DNA of 64,000 nucleotides from Octopus sinensis (Eukaryota), in NCBI RefSeq assembly GCF_006345805.1, contig NC_043005.1, positions 49,600,001 to 49,664,000 on the forward strand, read 5' to 3'. A model generated the notes under the pieces. It was not told the DNA's origin. It made no database searches and worked only from the letters and a program-made list of their open reading frames with translations. Positions 38,855 to 50,400 of the stretch are shown piece by piece (position 1 is the stretch's first letter; each line of letters starts with the position of its first letter). Both the position numbers and the translations under genes were made by a program.

Positions 38855-39411
38855 GAGTGAGAGAGCAGTGCATGCCATCAAAGTGACACTGGGGTAAAAT
38901 ATACGAAGCCCAATATACCCATCATGACTACCCGTCTGATAAAGGTACACCAGGCACATGCATCACAACCATATGTGCGCGACATGGTGATCTCGTATCA
39001 AGATAAACAGCACATGACCTTGCAGGTGGGGCCCAGTTAGAATTTTCTTCAGGTTGAGTAGCCCATCCCGCTCAAAAGGTCCCTGAATAAAGATTGTTTA
39101 AGGATGTTGAAAGAACCACCCATGTTTCCAGAGGTGAATTATTCAAACCCCAAAGAATCCCTCTCAACACATGGCTATGATGCTCCCCCATTACTTCTGC
39201 TCGTGATCAGAGATGCACATATCGTCAGCCACTAAGGGACATGCTCAACTGGTTAAGGTCAAACAACTGACAAGCAAATCTGTGGTATTGAGCAGAATAT
39301 TTGTTGTAGCCCATCTTTTATACCAAGACAAAACAATGTACATGATAACACTTCCAATCAGTTAAGATCAGAAGCCATGAGAGCCACTGCCTGGTACTGC
39401 ATCAGGGCATT
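38855..39411. mobile_element. About 560-bp non-coding insertion inside an (ATT)n tract
   Basis: Sharp compositional boundaries, GC richer than its flanks, attattattatcattatt on both sides; no ORF or TIR recognised. Confidence 0.5.
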
Positions 39412-40691
39412 TATTATTATTATTATTATCATTATTATTATTAGCATGGCCGCGGCCTTCGGGCTAAAACATTTTTAAGGATTTAAGGATTATTATTATT
39501 ATTGGTAGATAAGGGCAAATGGTGTTGCCTCAGAGGTAATGGCAGAGTAGTTGAAAAAATTCCATATTTGTTCTGAGTTCAAATCTTGCAAAAATTAATA
39601 TTGATTTTTCTCCTTCCATGGTCCCTATTCATCTGCTTATTGATGTGATTGATGATGTGCATGGTCAGGAATGATTCAAGTATTAGGGTTGATATGACAC
39701 ATTGTACCTTTCCCATTAAATCTGGAGTATTCTGCCTATGTTAGAAATCATTGTCTTTCTAAGTTTAAATCATCATTTTTACCACTTGTTTACAAGATAT
39801 TTTAGCAAAAACTCACAGTAAGAGCTTAAGAATTTGTTTACTTACCAAATGATAATAATTATTAGTTTGTAGGAAGAAAGAATTAAAAAAGCAAAAATAA
39901 TGTGGGTAAGAAAAGGGAGATAGAAAGCAGAAATATAATGCTCCACAACAGAAAGAGAAGGATTTGTAGATGTGGTAAAATAACAGAGAGAGAGAGAGAG
40001 AGGGAAAGAGAATGACAAAGATAGAAAGAGAGAAACTGAAGTGAAGTGTGGGCTGTTGGAAAATGAAGAGGAGTTGGAAACGTGTTGATTGAGAGAAAAA
40101 GAGGGAAATGCAAGATATATAAAGACAAAGAGAAGAAATAAGAAAAAGGAAAGATGATAAATGGAGGTAAAAAATAATAACAGAAAGAAGACCAAATGAA
40201 ACACAAGAAGAAAATGGAGTAAGGCTTGAAGCAGAAGCATTAAGAGTTGCTGAAAGATGTTCAAAATAAAACTTATTATTTTTCATGGATTCTATGCTAG
40301 TTATTGAAGAAGAAAGAAGAAGACATGTTTCTAATGTAATTGCTTAGGAGAAGTTTTTCTAATAGAATGACTTGGTAAAGTTCTCAGGGATGTCTGTTGT
40401 ATGAAAGCTTAATAGTAAAGCAGATCTTATACTTGATGTAGTAAGCAAAAAAATTTCAATTAATTAGGATTAATTATCTAAATGACTAGTTCTGATTAAA
40501 AAGGCAGAAAAAAAAAACTTTAAAATATTGTTTGGCTTACAACATCAAGTATGCAAGCCTCCATTTGGCCATTAATTTTCCATGCAACATACATTTCTGA
40601 TCAGCCTTTTAAGTTATTACACCATTTAATATTCATTCACAGAAACCTATATCTTTCTTGTCATAAGATCTTTCAGTAACAGTTACACTGT

Positions 40692-40730
40692 TTTGCTGAT
40701 GAGGTCCAATAATACTGAAATGTGTCCAAA
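40692..40730 (+). ncRNA. Fossil (CpG-decayed) minimal hammerhead ribozyme, probable solo PLE terminus
   Basis: TTTG / CTGATGA / GGT-ccaataat-ACT / GAAATGTGTC / CAAA; reverting three TpG to CpG gives the canonical ACC-GAAACGCGTC. Confidence 0.55.
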
Positions 40731-41399
40731 GTTGTCATTGTACTGCTAAAGATCAAGCTCACTACCCACTGTATTCTATATTAATTTAAATTTAAAATTA
40801 TTTGATCTACTACATCAAGCATGCTATGTTTAAAACCATCTTAATTCTATTAGATAAGGCAATTTGTTTGTCCTCTTTTTGTTTACTTTTCACAGACCCA
40901 TCTTTGGGAGGGGTTGCTCCCCTCATCAATGAGAAACACTTCATTATCACCCTGTAAACTTTCATCTTTGCACCCACTCAACCATTGTTTCTTCCAAACA
41001 TGAAGCATTATACAAATTGCAGTACAAAATATATGTATTAACCATTCAAAAACACAGAAAGGTTGTTAAATTTACTTGAACGATTATCATTTGTTATTTG
41101 GTGTCAAGATGTTCATTGCACAAACTGTGAGCTGGTCAACCTTGAGATGCAGTGTTATCTTGTCAGTGACCAGGTCGTTGTGCAACAAAAAAATTTGTCA
41201 CCAAATAATAAATGTTTAAGTAAAGATAACAGTGCAGGAGTGGCTGTGTAGTAAGTAGCTTGCTTACCAACCACATGGTTCTGGGTTCATTCCCACTGCA
41301 TTGAATTTTATGACTTCGTGATGATATTAGTTGCAATAGCTTGATCTTTTGAAAGAAATTTACCTTTACAAAATAAAAAGAAATTTGTTGAAATTATAA

Positions 41400-42070
41400 A
41401 CATTCATTGCCATGTTTTAGAGCACATTTGCCACACAGAGGTTTTTAAGTCATCATACATTTCTGTGGTTCTGTTTCGGCATTTTGTTTTCACACGTTTT
41501 TACACATTCCTAGAGGTAGATGTTTCCGCAACAGGGTGTTTGATAGTACATGAACGACCATGAGGTGAATTACCACAAAGCTCTTCAGCAACTTTTTGAA
41601 TATATTCCCGTTGTCTAACGACTTGCAAACACTTGTGTATATTACCCAGCTGTTTATAAGAGCACCATCCAAAATATAAAAAATGTGCTTGACTGAATAA
41701 AGCCTTGCCATTTAGCCAAGCACGTCTAAGCCTACCTTATTTTTGTTATAAAAAAGTATAGTGTCAGGCTTCTTCCTGTGGTTATTTTCAAAAGGAATTT
41801 TTACATGATGTATGGTACTCAAAACAACAGGCTTTGATTCTTTTTTTAACTAGTACAGTGTGTAACAGTAGGTTTCTCTGTGCATTTCAAAACCACAGTT
41901 TCATGGACAGGTTTCGCCCATTTTACTGCTACTGGTTATTCTCTTCTGTTCTCATGAATTGCTCAGGTTAAACTGCAGTTTTGTTTTGATAGCTGTAAAG
42001 GCTATGCAATTACTGAATATCTAAAATATTGTCACAAGTATTTCTAAACAAAAGCTGGTGCATCAACTGA
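41400..42070 (-). pseudogene. piggyBac transposase fossil (DDE C-terminal half and Cys-rich domain remnant)
   Basis: Minus strand RNTCDN, KPVVLSTIHH, KKPDTILFYNKNKVGLDVLG*MARLYSVK, FYILDGALINSWVIY, then KCRNRTTE...CSK; multiple stops, frameshifts and loss of the RRWP segment. Confidence 0.85.
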
Positions 42071-42143
42071 TGTGTGTGGTCCTTATAGGTAGTATGTGGT
42101 TTATTTTTTTTTAATAGTGGGTGCAAACAACCTATAGTTTATA

Positions 42144-42185
<42 letters not shown>

Positions 42186-44118
42186 TAAACAATGAAAAGT
42201 CAAGCACCACAATGTCAAAATCTACAATAGTTTTTAATTGTGTGCAATTAAGATTTCAAACCACATCAGTTCTTCTAGTTTTAATTTACTGCTTTGTCCA
42301 AAACAGTATTTTTGTGTTGGTCTTTCAGCTTCGTCAGTATTTTTGCTTATTTTGGACTATAATGGACAATGTGTCAGATATTCCACCCACCCCGGAATAT
42401 GTTTATTTTCTCTATGAGACAAATGGATTGTTTTACTTTTGTGAATGTATGAGTGAAAATATTATACAACAGGATTGTCAGATATGTCCAATTTTGGACA
42501 CAGTTTCTAATGCTGTACATCCGATTAACATTTAAATCCATAATTAAACCTGATTTGTCTGAATTAACTATCTCCTTGTAAATTTAGATTGGTATTTCCA
42601 AATTGTTTTGTTATTAATTTTCATTTTAGAGCAAAAGGATAGAAATGTCGATCTATTCGAATCGCAATATGAACCATGAATGCATTGTAGAATTTTCTTA
42701 GAAGGTGCTTTCATCTACCGAAGTCAACTTTGTCTTTCATCCTTTTGGAGTTGATAAAATAAAGTACCAGTCAAGTACTGGAGTCTGCGTAATCAACTAT
42801 CTCCCTAATTGCTGGCCATGTGTCAAACAAAGAAGCATCATTTTGTTAACTAGAATAGGTCTTAGCCTGACTCTATACCACCACTTCTTCATTGTTACTT
42901 GCCATGCTAGAAATAGCTGCTAAATTTATCTCAAATGATACTCCTTAAGACACACACATATGTATGTATATATATATATATATATATATAAATATACAGT
43001 GCTGGTGGTACCACATAAAATGTGGATGTACCAGTGTTATGTAAAAACACCTAGTACACTCTGTAAAGTGGTTGGCATTAGGAAGGGCATCCAGCTGCAG
43101 GAACAATGCCACAACAGACATGGAACCTGAACAGCCCTTCAGCTGCTCAGCTTCTGTCAAACTAGCCAACCCATGCCAGCATAGAAAACAGACTTTAAAT
43201 GATGATGATACAAAAGAGTGTGTGAAGACGTCTGTTGAAAACATGACTGGCCATGGGAAATATTACCAGCCATAGAAAATACACCACAACAAATTGTTTG
43301 ACCTATACAAGCATGGAAAAAAAGAGATGCTAAATGATATATATGTACACATATATATTTGTTTTGCAAGATTCTTGATGTGAAATTGTGTGTTGAAACA
43401 AATATTGATATACTTTATCACATTATATAATATTTTGCCAATTAAACACATGCCCAATTTAATTTTCACTTCAGCTCTACTATCATTACTATTATTTTAG
43501 TTTCCTTATCAAAGCTCTTTCATCATACATCCTGTGACCTCTTCAGGAACTCTTTAACCCCATCATCATCACCATCATTTAATGCCTATTTTCCATGCTG
43601 GCATGGTGTGTATTTATATTGATGAATACATGTATTTTCCCCATCCACTTTTCAAAAATTGTCCCACATTAACACAGGCATACATATTTAGGAACATACT
43701 GAATGCTGAAATATCAAAAACAGAAATGTCTCATACTGGAAATGTTTATTTTTTTTAAATATATATTTTGTCTTTCTTAAATCATTTGTATTTTCTGTTT
43801 ACATGGTTTTTATCATGTAATTCAGTGACAGAAATAAAAAATAAAAGCCAATACAAATTTAACTCCTTTTAAAGATGAACATTTTCAAGGCATTTTGGCA
43901 GTGATATTTAGATATGAACCAAAGTAACTTAATTGTGGATAATAAACTCCACAGACTTTTTTCGACATTCCTTCCATAAGTCCTACATATAACTTAATAG
44001 ATGTGTGAATCACTAATTTTTGATGACACAGGCTTAGAAGTAATTTAATAAAGTAATAATTGGAGAAATCTTGTCTCGTATTTAATTCTCCTTGGGTCCA
44101 ATCTTTCAAGATATTTAA

Positions 44119-44338
44119 TCCTTTAGCATTTAGATTATTCCGTCAAATGTAATTCTTATTTATTCACATTGTTTTGAATTAATAATGCATTATCTTGTAG
44201 CTTCAAGATTTCAATGATGTGATCATTTCTTCTTAGAATGACATTGTAAGGTAGGTGTGAAAAGCCAGGTCTGGCTGATTTGAACATAAAACAGGTAAAA
44301 TATCTGGGCTAGATATGGTTGGTTTAAATGCTAAAGTG
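44119..44338. mobile_element. piggyBac-like MITE (TTAA-flanked); related copies near 28800-29003, 29260-29480, 29750-29880 and 50921-51097
   Basis: TIR CCCTTTAGCATT / AATGCTAAAGGG (degenerate in this copy), TTAA at 44115-44118 and 44339-44342, shared internal sequence among copies. Confidence 0.8.
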
Positions 44339-45066
44339 TTAAATATAAATTAAATTATTCTTATTATAGAACTTTTGATTAATTTCTTTTAAAATACTGC
44401 CACTTTTGATGACACAGGTATACTAGTACTTACAAAAACTGAAATCTGAGATAATTGAAAATAAAAAAGTCTAAAAGACTGAAATGCAAACACAAATCAA
44501 AAATTTCAATATATACTGAAGTTTTTATTTATCCAAATACAATTTAAAATAAATTAATTTATCCAAATTCAAATTTTTATTCAAACAAATTAGTTTGTGT
44601 ATGTATGTGTTTTTTTTTTTAAATTTTGTCTTGAGTTCAAATTACAATTTTAGTTAGAGTTTTCTTTTTCCAAGTTCAAGTCACTGGAGATGTGGCTTTT
44701 TTTTTTCATTTTATCAATCACAAACTCATAAAATAAACACCAGTACTTTGCTGGGTGAAGTCAACTGCTTACATATTCTTTCTCCCAATCATCCTCACAA
44801 TTAATAAGAAATTCTGTATTTCGTGTGTGTGAGTACATGCATCTGGTTATTATATATTCCTTTTACAGACTTTCAGAATCCACTAAATCAGGATATTTTT
44901 GTAGCAAGAAGTAGGCCAGAAACAAATCTCTACATGGGATAGAGTGTTGACCTATAGCATAACATTTCCTATGGGAAGATATGAATTTGGTACCACATGC
45001 TAATAAAACATGTTTACAGAGTTGTAACTACTTACAGAACTCATAATTTGAAGGGGAAAAAAATTT

Positions 45067-45245
45067 AAAATGCTAAATTCAGCATAATAAGAGCGCTGGT
45101 CTACTGATTAATCTGATGTCCCTGGATGATGGAGAATTGGTAAAACTCTTTAGAGGTGAAATTTGAAAGAATCTTTAAAAATCCTTGCCAGGGCATCAGA
45201 TTAGTCAGCAGGCCAGAGCTCTTATTATGCTGAGATCAGCATTTT
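45067..45245. repeat. Hairpin / MITE-like inverted repeat, arms of about 59 bp
   Basis: aaaatgct..tcagcataataagagcgctggtctactgattaatctgatgtccctgg versus ccagggcatcagattagtcagcaggccagagctcttattatgctga..agcatttt; 62-bp spacer. Confidence 0.88.
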
Positions 45246-47354
45246 GGTCTTCTGTTTTTTTGCCTCTATTCACCAAGCTGTTCTTATTCCCTCTAATCAC
45301 AGGGTGGCAAATTATTTACAACCAGATGGAACAAGCCAGGAACATTATTGCTCCAGTAATCTGATACAAACCACTGACTTTTTGATTGACCATTTGTACT
45401 CTCCTGCTGGTTCTGTCTAAAATGTGTTAAACAATACAAAAGTGTATGGAATACTCGACCACTTTATATTTCAATGACTCAGTGGTTCTGTTTGAACAAC
45501 TAGAATGCGTTTCATCAAAATCAGTGACAGATCCATTTACACACTTCATGCCCCTTTACATATCTGTACAAAAACACAAGAATGCTCAACAGTCTTGTGG
45601 TAGAGGTGTGTAAATATCTGTGGACAGAATTTTGTGAAGTAACTGGAGAAAGATTAAAAGTGTATGTGTGCATGTGTGTGTGAGAGGGAAAGAGAAAAAG
45701 AGATTAGTATCAGACCAGTGATCAAAGAAAGGCATCTCAGCTGTGATCTTCCTGTCTTTTATTTTGGCATAGTGTATATCGGACAACATTTACATCCAAT
45801 ATGTTGCTTTTTTTTTTATCATATTATGGCAGGGTGTGATGCAGGGGAGCTTTGGCTTGTATCTTAAGGACAAGTCAAGTGACCACATCGAAGCTCCCTC
45901 TACCTCTGTTAAAGTGAGAGCATCAGTGTGGTGGTAGTGTTGTGAACAATCATCTCAAAACACATTACATATTAACAGTATAATTTATCACATATCACAG
46001 TCTATAGCAATATTTGCTCGCCTGTTCTTGTTTCAACATTCAAGATAGAAATAAAACATAGACATAACTGGCTTTTCATTTTTCTTTTGTAGACTATTTA
46101 GTCTAAAGAGGTATAAAAAGAACAGACTGAAGATCAAAGATGAAAATTATGATGATGACAGTAAGACTGCATATTAGAATTGTACATATACTGTACAGTC
46201 TGTTTGGAATGTATATAGATACAGAAGAAATATTTAGTTATTCATGTATAAACACACACACAGATATATATATATATAATATTCACATTGGGAAGTACAA
46301 ATGTAGTATATAATTCATTTATAGAGAAAATAGGTAGTAATGAGTGAGCGATCAACTTCTTATGTGTGTATATACTTGAGAGTATAGATAGAAGTGAAAG
46401 TACTCATTACAAGAAATAGAGTTCTATTTGTTTAAAGCAAAAATTATTCACTTTACTACTCCTTCAGGTTATTCAACTTTATGCATTATATATAAATGAA
46501 AAACTTGGAGTAGCAAGAGAGTGAACTTTCAGCATCAGGTGAAGTGTGTGAGTGAAAGAGAGAAGTTTGCTTGGATTACTCTGTGAAAATATACTAATAT
46601 GCATTATTGTCTAAGTCTAAAAAAAAAAAAAATTGTACAGAACGTGTCCACAATGTAAATGGGTGCAAAGAACATGTTGGTAAATTCTAAGATAGGGGAC
46701 AGAAAAGCATTTATGAGGATATCTGCAGTTAATATTTTGCAGAGCAAATAACAGTCCCTAAGCTAGCCAGCTATCCATTTATTCATTCACATACACATAT
46801 ATATGTATATATATATATACTCTTTTACTTGTTTCAGTCATTTGACTGCGGCCATACTAGAGCACTGCCCTTAGTCGAGCAAATCAACCCCATGACTTAT
46901 TCTTTGTAAGCCTAGTACTTATTCCATCGGTCTCTTTTACCGAACCACTAAGTTACAGGGACGTAAACGCACCAGCATTGATTGTCAAGCAATGTTGGGG
47001 GGACCAACACAGACACACAAACATATATATATATATATATACACATATATCCGACAGGATTCTTTCAGTTTCTGTCTACCAAACCACTCACAAGGCTTTG
47101 ATCAGCCCAAAGCTATAGTAGAAGACACTTGCCCAAGGTGCCACACAGTGGAACTGAACCCGGAACCATGTGGTTGGTAAGCAAGCTACTTACCACACAG
47201 CCATATATATGTATGTATATGTATATATATATAACTGTTTTGACCAGACTGTCAGATGTTTCTGTACACTGCTGGTCACAATGCTCTTCTCATTATTATA
47301 GCTTTTGAGTGATGCCACCATACTGGATAGGTAAGCCAACATTACCCTTGAATG

Positions 47355-47468
47355 GAAAAACAACAGCAGTCAGCAGAGATAGATAAACATACTATTTGCA
47401 TCATCAATGGAGAGATGTATATCTACAAAGAGTTGAACTCAACACTGTTAAGTTAACAACATATCCAT
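47355..47468 (+). repeat. About 110-bp direct repeat, copy 1 (copy 2 at 48806-48916)
   Basis: aacagcagtcag(c/a)agagatagataaacatactatttg...gttgaactcaacactgttaag in both copies. Confidence 0.85.
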
Positions 47469-50400
47469 TGCAGGGTTTCTTTAAATTTATATACTGCCAA
47501 CAGAAATACAGCAATAAACATGGAGAAGGTATTACTTAGTTAATTGTAGACACTTTGGAAGACTACATCATTGCTCTGAGTGATTGTAGGGTGCAATCAT
47601 ATGACAAGGGTGCTGATATGATTGAAAGTACTATGATACTAAAGTTAAATGTTAACATTTACTGTTGAGTGGATTGGAGCAATGTGAAATTGTTTTGCTC
47701 AAGAACACAGTGCACTTCTGGTTTGGGAATTGAAACCATGGTCTTGTGATTGTAGGACTCTAATCACTAGGCCATGTACCTTCACATGCACACACACATA
47801 CATATGCAAAGGTGTGCAGTGTGCAGTATGAAAAGGACAAAGACAAAATCAGGAAACTAAACTGACACAGCAATAAAAAAAGATTTAAGAATGAAGAGAG
47901 AAAGGAGAAATGGAATGTTTTAAGCCCACCATTTATGAAGAAAACAGGACAGACATTATGAACAGGACAATAAAATAATTCATCGCTCAACAAATTACAA
48001 CATGGTTTTGAATACTTGAGGGATAATTGGGTTCGGCTGCTCTGCATTGATAAGGGGCAAATACCCTGAACTAGTCTGCAGATGCCAGACCAGCAAGGGG
48101 AAGTGGCTGACCTCCCCTGTTCAAAGGTTATAATGAACACAGGTTCGTGTGTCACATAGCTAGCTAGAGGCGATGGCCTCTTGGAGCTAATCAATGGCAG
48201 CATTTGTCCTATATTTCTGGACTGCTATATTAGCTTGGCGATAACTATTAATATTGAGCAGTGATTGATAGCTAGAAGTAGAGGTAGAATAAGATGATTA
48301 AAAATAAGAACAGGGACAGAACATAAAATCAAGATGTAGCCAGCTTTTGGATTTTAAATTTGACAGAAATGTAAATAGTCTTACAACTCAGATAGGACAT
48401 GAAATGTGCAGGGAGTTCATGTAAGGAGAGCTAATTCTGCCAATTAATGCCAATGAATATGACTAGCAGTATTTTCATGTAACTAGGTCTTATGCCCATG
48501 TAACTGATGTCTGCCAATCTCGCAAAACATGTGTACATTATATAAAGCATTAATACTTACTATGTTTACTGTGTTATTTTCTATATGTGACGAGCTGATT
48601 GCATTCTAGCCTAATCTGGAGTTATATGGTCTAACCACACTGGGCATAAAAGTTGAGTGTAGAATAGACCTACTGAATGCACATGTTACCATTTGGTAAC
48701 AGGTTGGGCCTTTTGATCAGCAGAATGTAAAGATTTTTAACTCAACAGTTCAACAGAAAAAGGGAGCAAAACAGGAAGTGAGAAGAAAAGTAATCTGTTT
48801 TCTGAGAAAAATAACAGCAGTCAGAAGAGATAGATAAACATACTATTTGTATCATCAATGGAGAGATGTATACCTAGAGAAAGTTGAACTCAACACTGTT
48901 AAGCTAACATATCCATCAAGTTTACAGGGCTGTTGTCAGTACTTAAAAAGAACACTGACTGAACCATTGAGAGGTAAACCATTCAGAAGTGGAAGAATCT
49001 GGTCTGTCATAAAAAAAAAAAGTAGGGAAAATCTAATTTTGGGGGCAATGTTTTATGATGGTACAGAACAAATAAGGAATGAGGAAGGAAAAAAATGTAT
49101 TTATTGTTGGAGAATTTCATTCTCTGACAAAGAGTACAGCATGAAATGTAAGGCTTTCTTGCTTCCTAATAGCAAACTAATTTAATCCCATTTTAGAACT
49201 GTTTATACATGCTAATTACTGAAGCAAGCCACCACTAACTTCTTTAGGTGCAATGTTATCTCAGCTGATTAGCATAAATACTCAGACCATTTCCAGCCTC
49301 TGGTTTACAAATGTGCTATCTCCTGTCTCAGCCTTTTCTACAATTACTACTTCTATGGTGGTATGTTTTCTGGAGTTTGTTGGTCTTATCTCTCCTTTTG
49401 CATTAACCTCTACATTTCAGTCCTTCCACCCCAGAACTCCATCCCTGCAGATATTGACCTGCAACAGTTTCAGCAGAACATTAACAACAGCATCAATCTC
49501 ACCGGTCTCACAGGACTTGAAAAAGGCTATAGTCTATGTTATTTTACCCCACCAGACCTAGCAAGTAATAAAATACAAAAAAAGGTTACTACTATTTAGG
49601 AGGTCAGGGTAGTTGTGAGTTAAGTATGTAGGTCAGTGATCACAGACACTTGCATAATACTAGTGACTGAATAGGAACTAAATGCTTAATATATCCCTCT
49701 GTTGTGGTTCATGGAAAAAGCACACAAATGCATATGTTCAGTACAACCTGTCTAAAGCATACAAAAATCGTTTACACATTAAGTACAAGCCAGTACTTAT
49801 CACAGTGAAACTTCATATGTATATAAAACAGGTAAAAATGAACAGTACAAATAAAACATTCTAAGACTATGGTAGTTTATGTCAGTAAAAATTAATCAAT
49901 AGTAGAGTGATGTTTTTAGTGTATTCAATCTTTCATTCAAACACTGATAAAGTTACATTGTTGCTACTCTGAGTTTCTTGCTTGTAAACATTAAATTGTT
50001 ATCTGAATGAATGTACAAAAACAAAAGAAAAAAAACTGAGATTAGAGATAGTAAATGTGCAGCTTCAAACAAATTATATATACACACACATATATTGGCA
50101 TTGTATAAAGCCACAACAGAAAGGCAATGTATTAGTACTATACTAGTTGATTGTACTGTAAGTCATTAACTTTGCTGAATAGTATTATTGTAGTAGGTCT
50201 GTATCGAGTTGAATTACAAATGCATTTCTCACATTTCGTTCCATCCTAAGATCAATGTTGTAACCAAAGCTTACAAATTTATGAAATTCATTGTAAAAAT
50301 ATAAGAACATATTATTAAATAATGTATTTAAGCTGATCTGTAATCCATTTGGTCCTTGGATCAATACCATTGGAAATATTTAATGTTCATAATTTAGAGG

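Noticed and set aside
39345-39375. Weak resemblance to U2 snRNA (ttccaatcagttaagatcaga)
   Set aside because: Short, gapped similarity only; no U2 branch-pairing sequence or Sm site.
39813-40286. Three overlapping minus-strand hydrophobic ORFs (107-157 aa)
   Set aside because: All come from one AG-rich low-complexity tract that is open in every minus frame.
47760-48203. 147-aa minus-strand ORF
   Set aside because: Runs into SINE and microsatellite sequence; no domain or exon structure.
49250-49560. Coding-looking stretch on both strands
   Set aside because: No recognisable motif; the minus frame has internal stops; possibly an ancient TE fragment.
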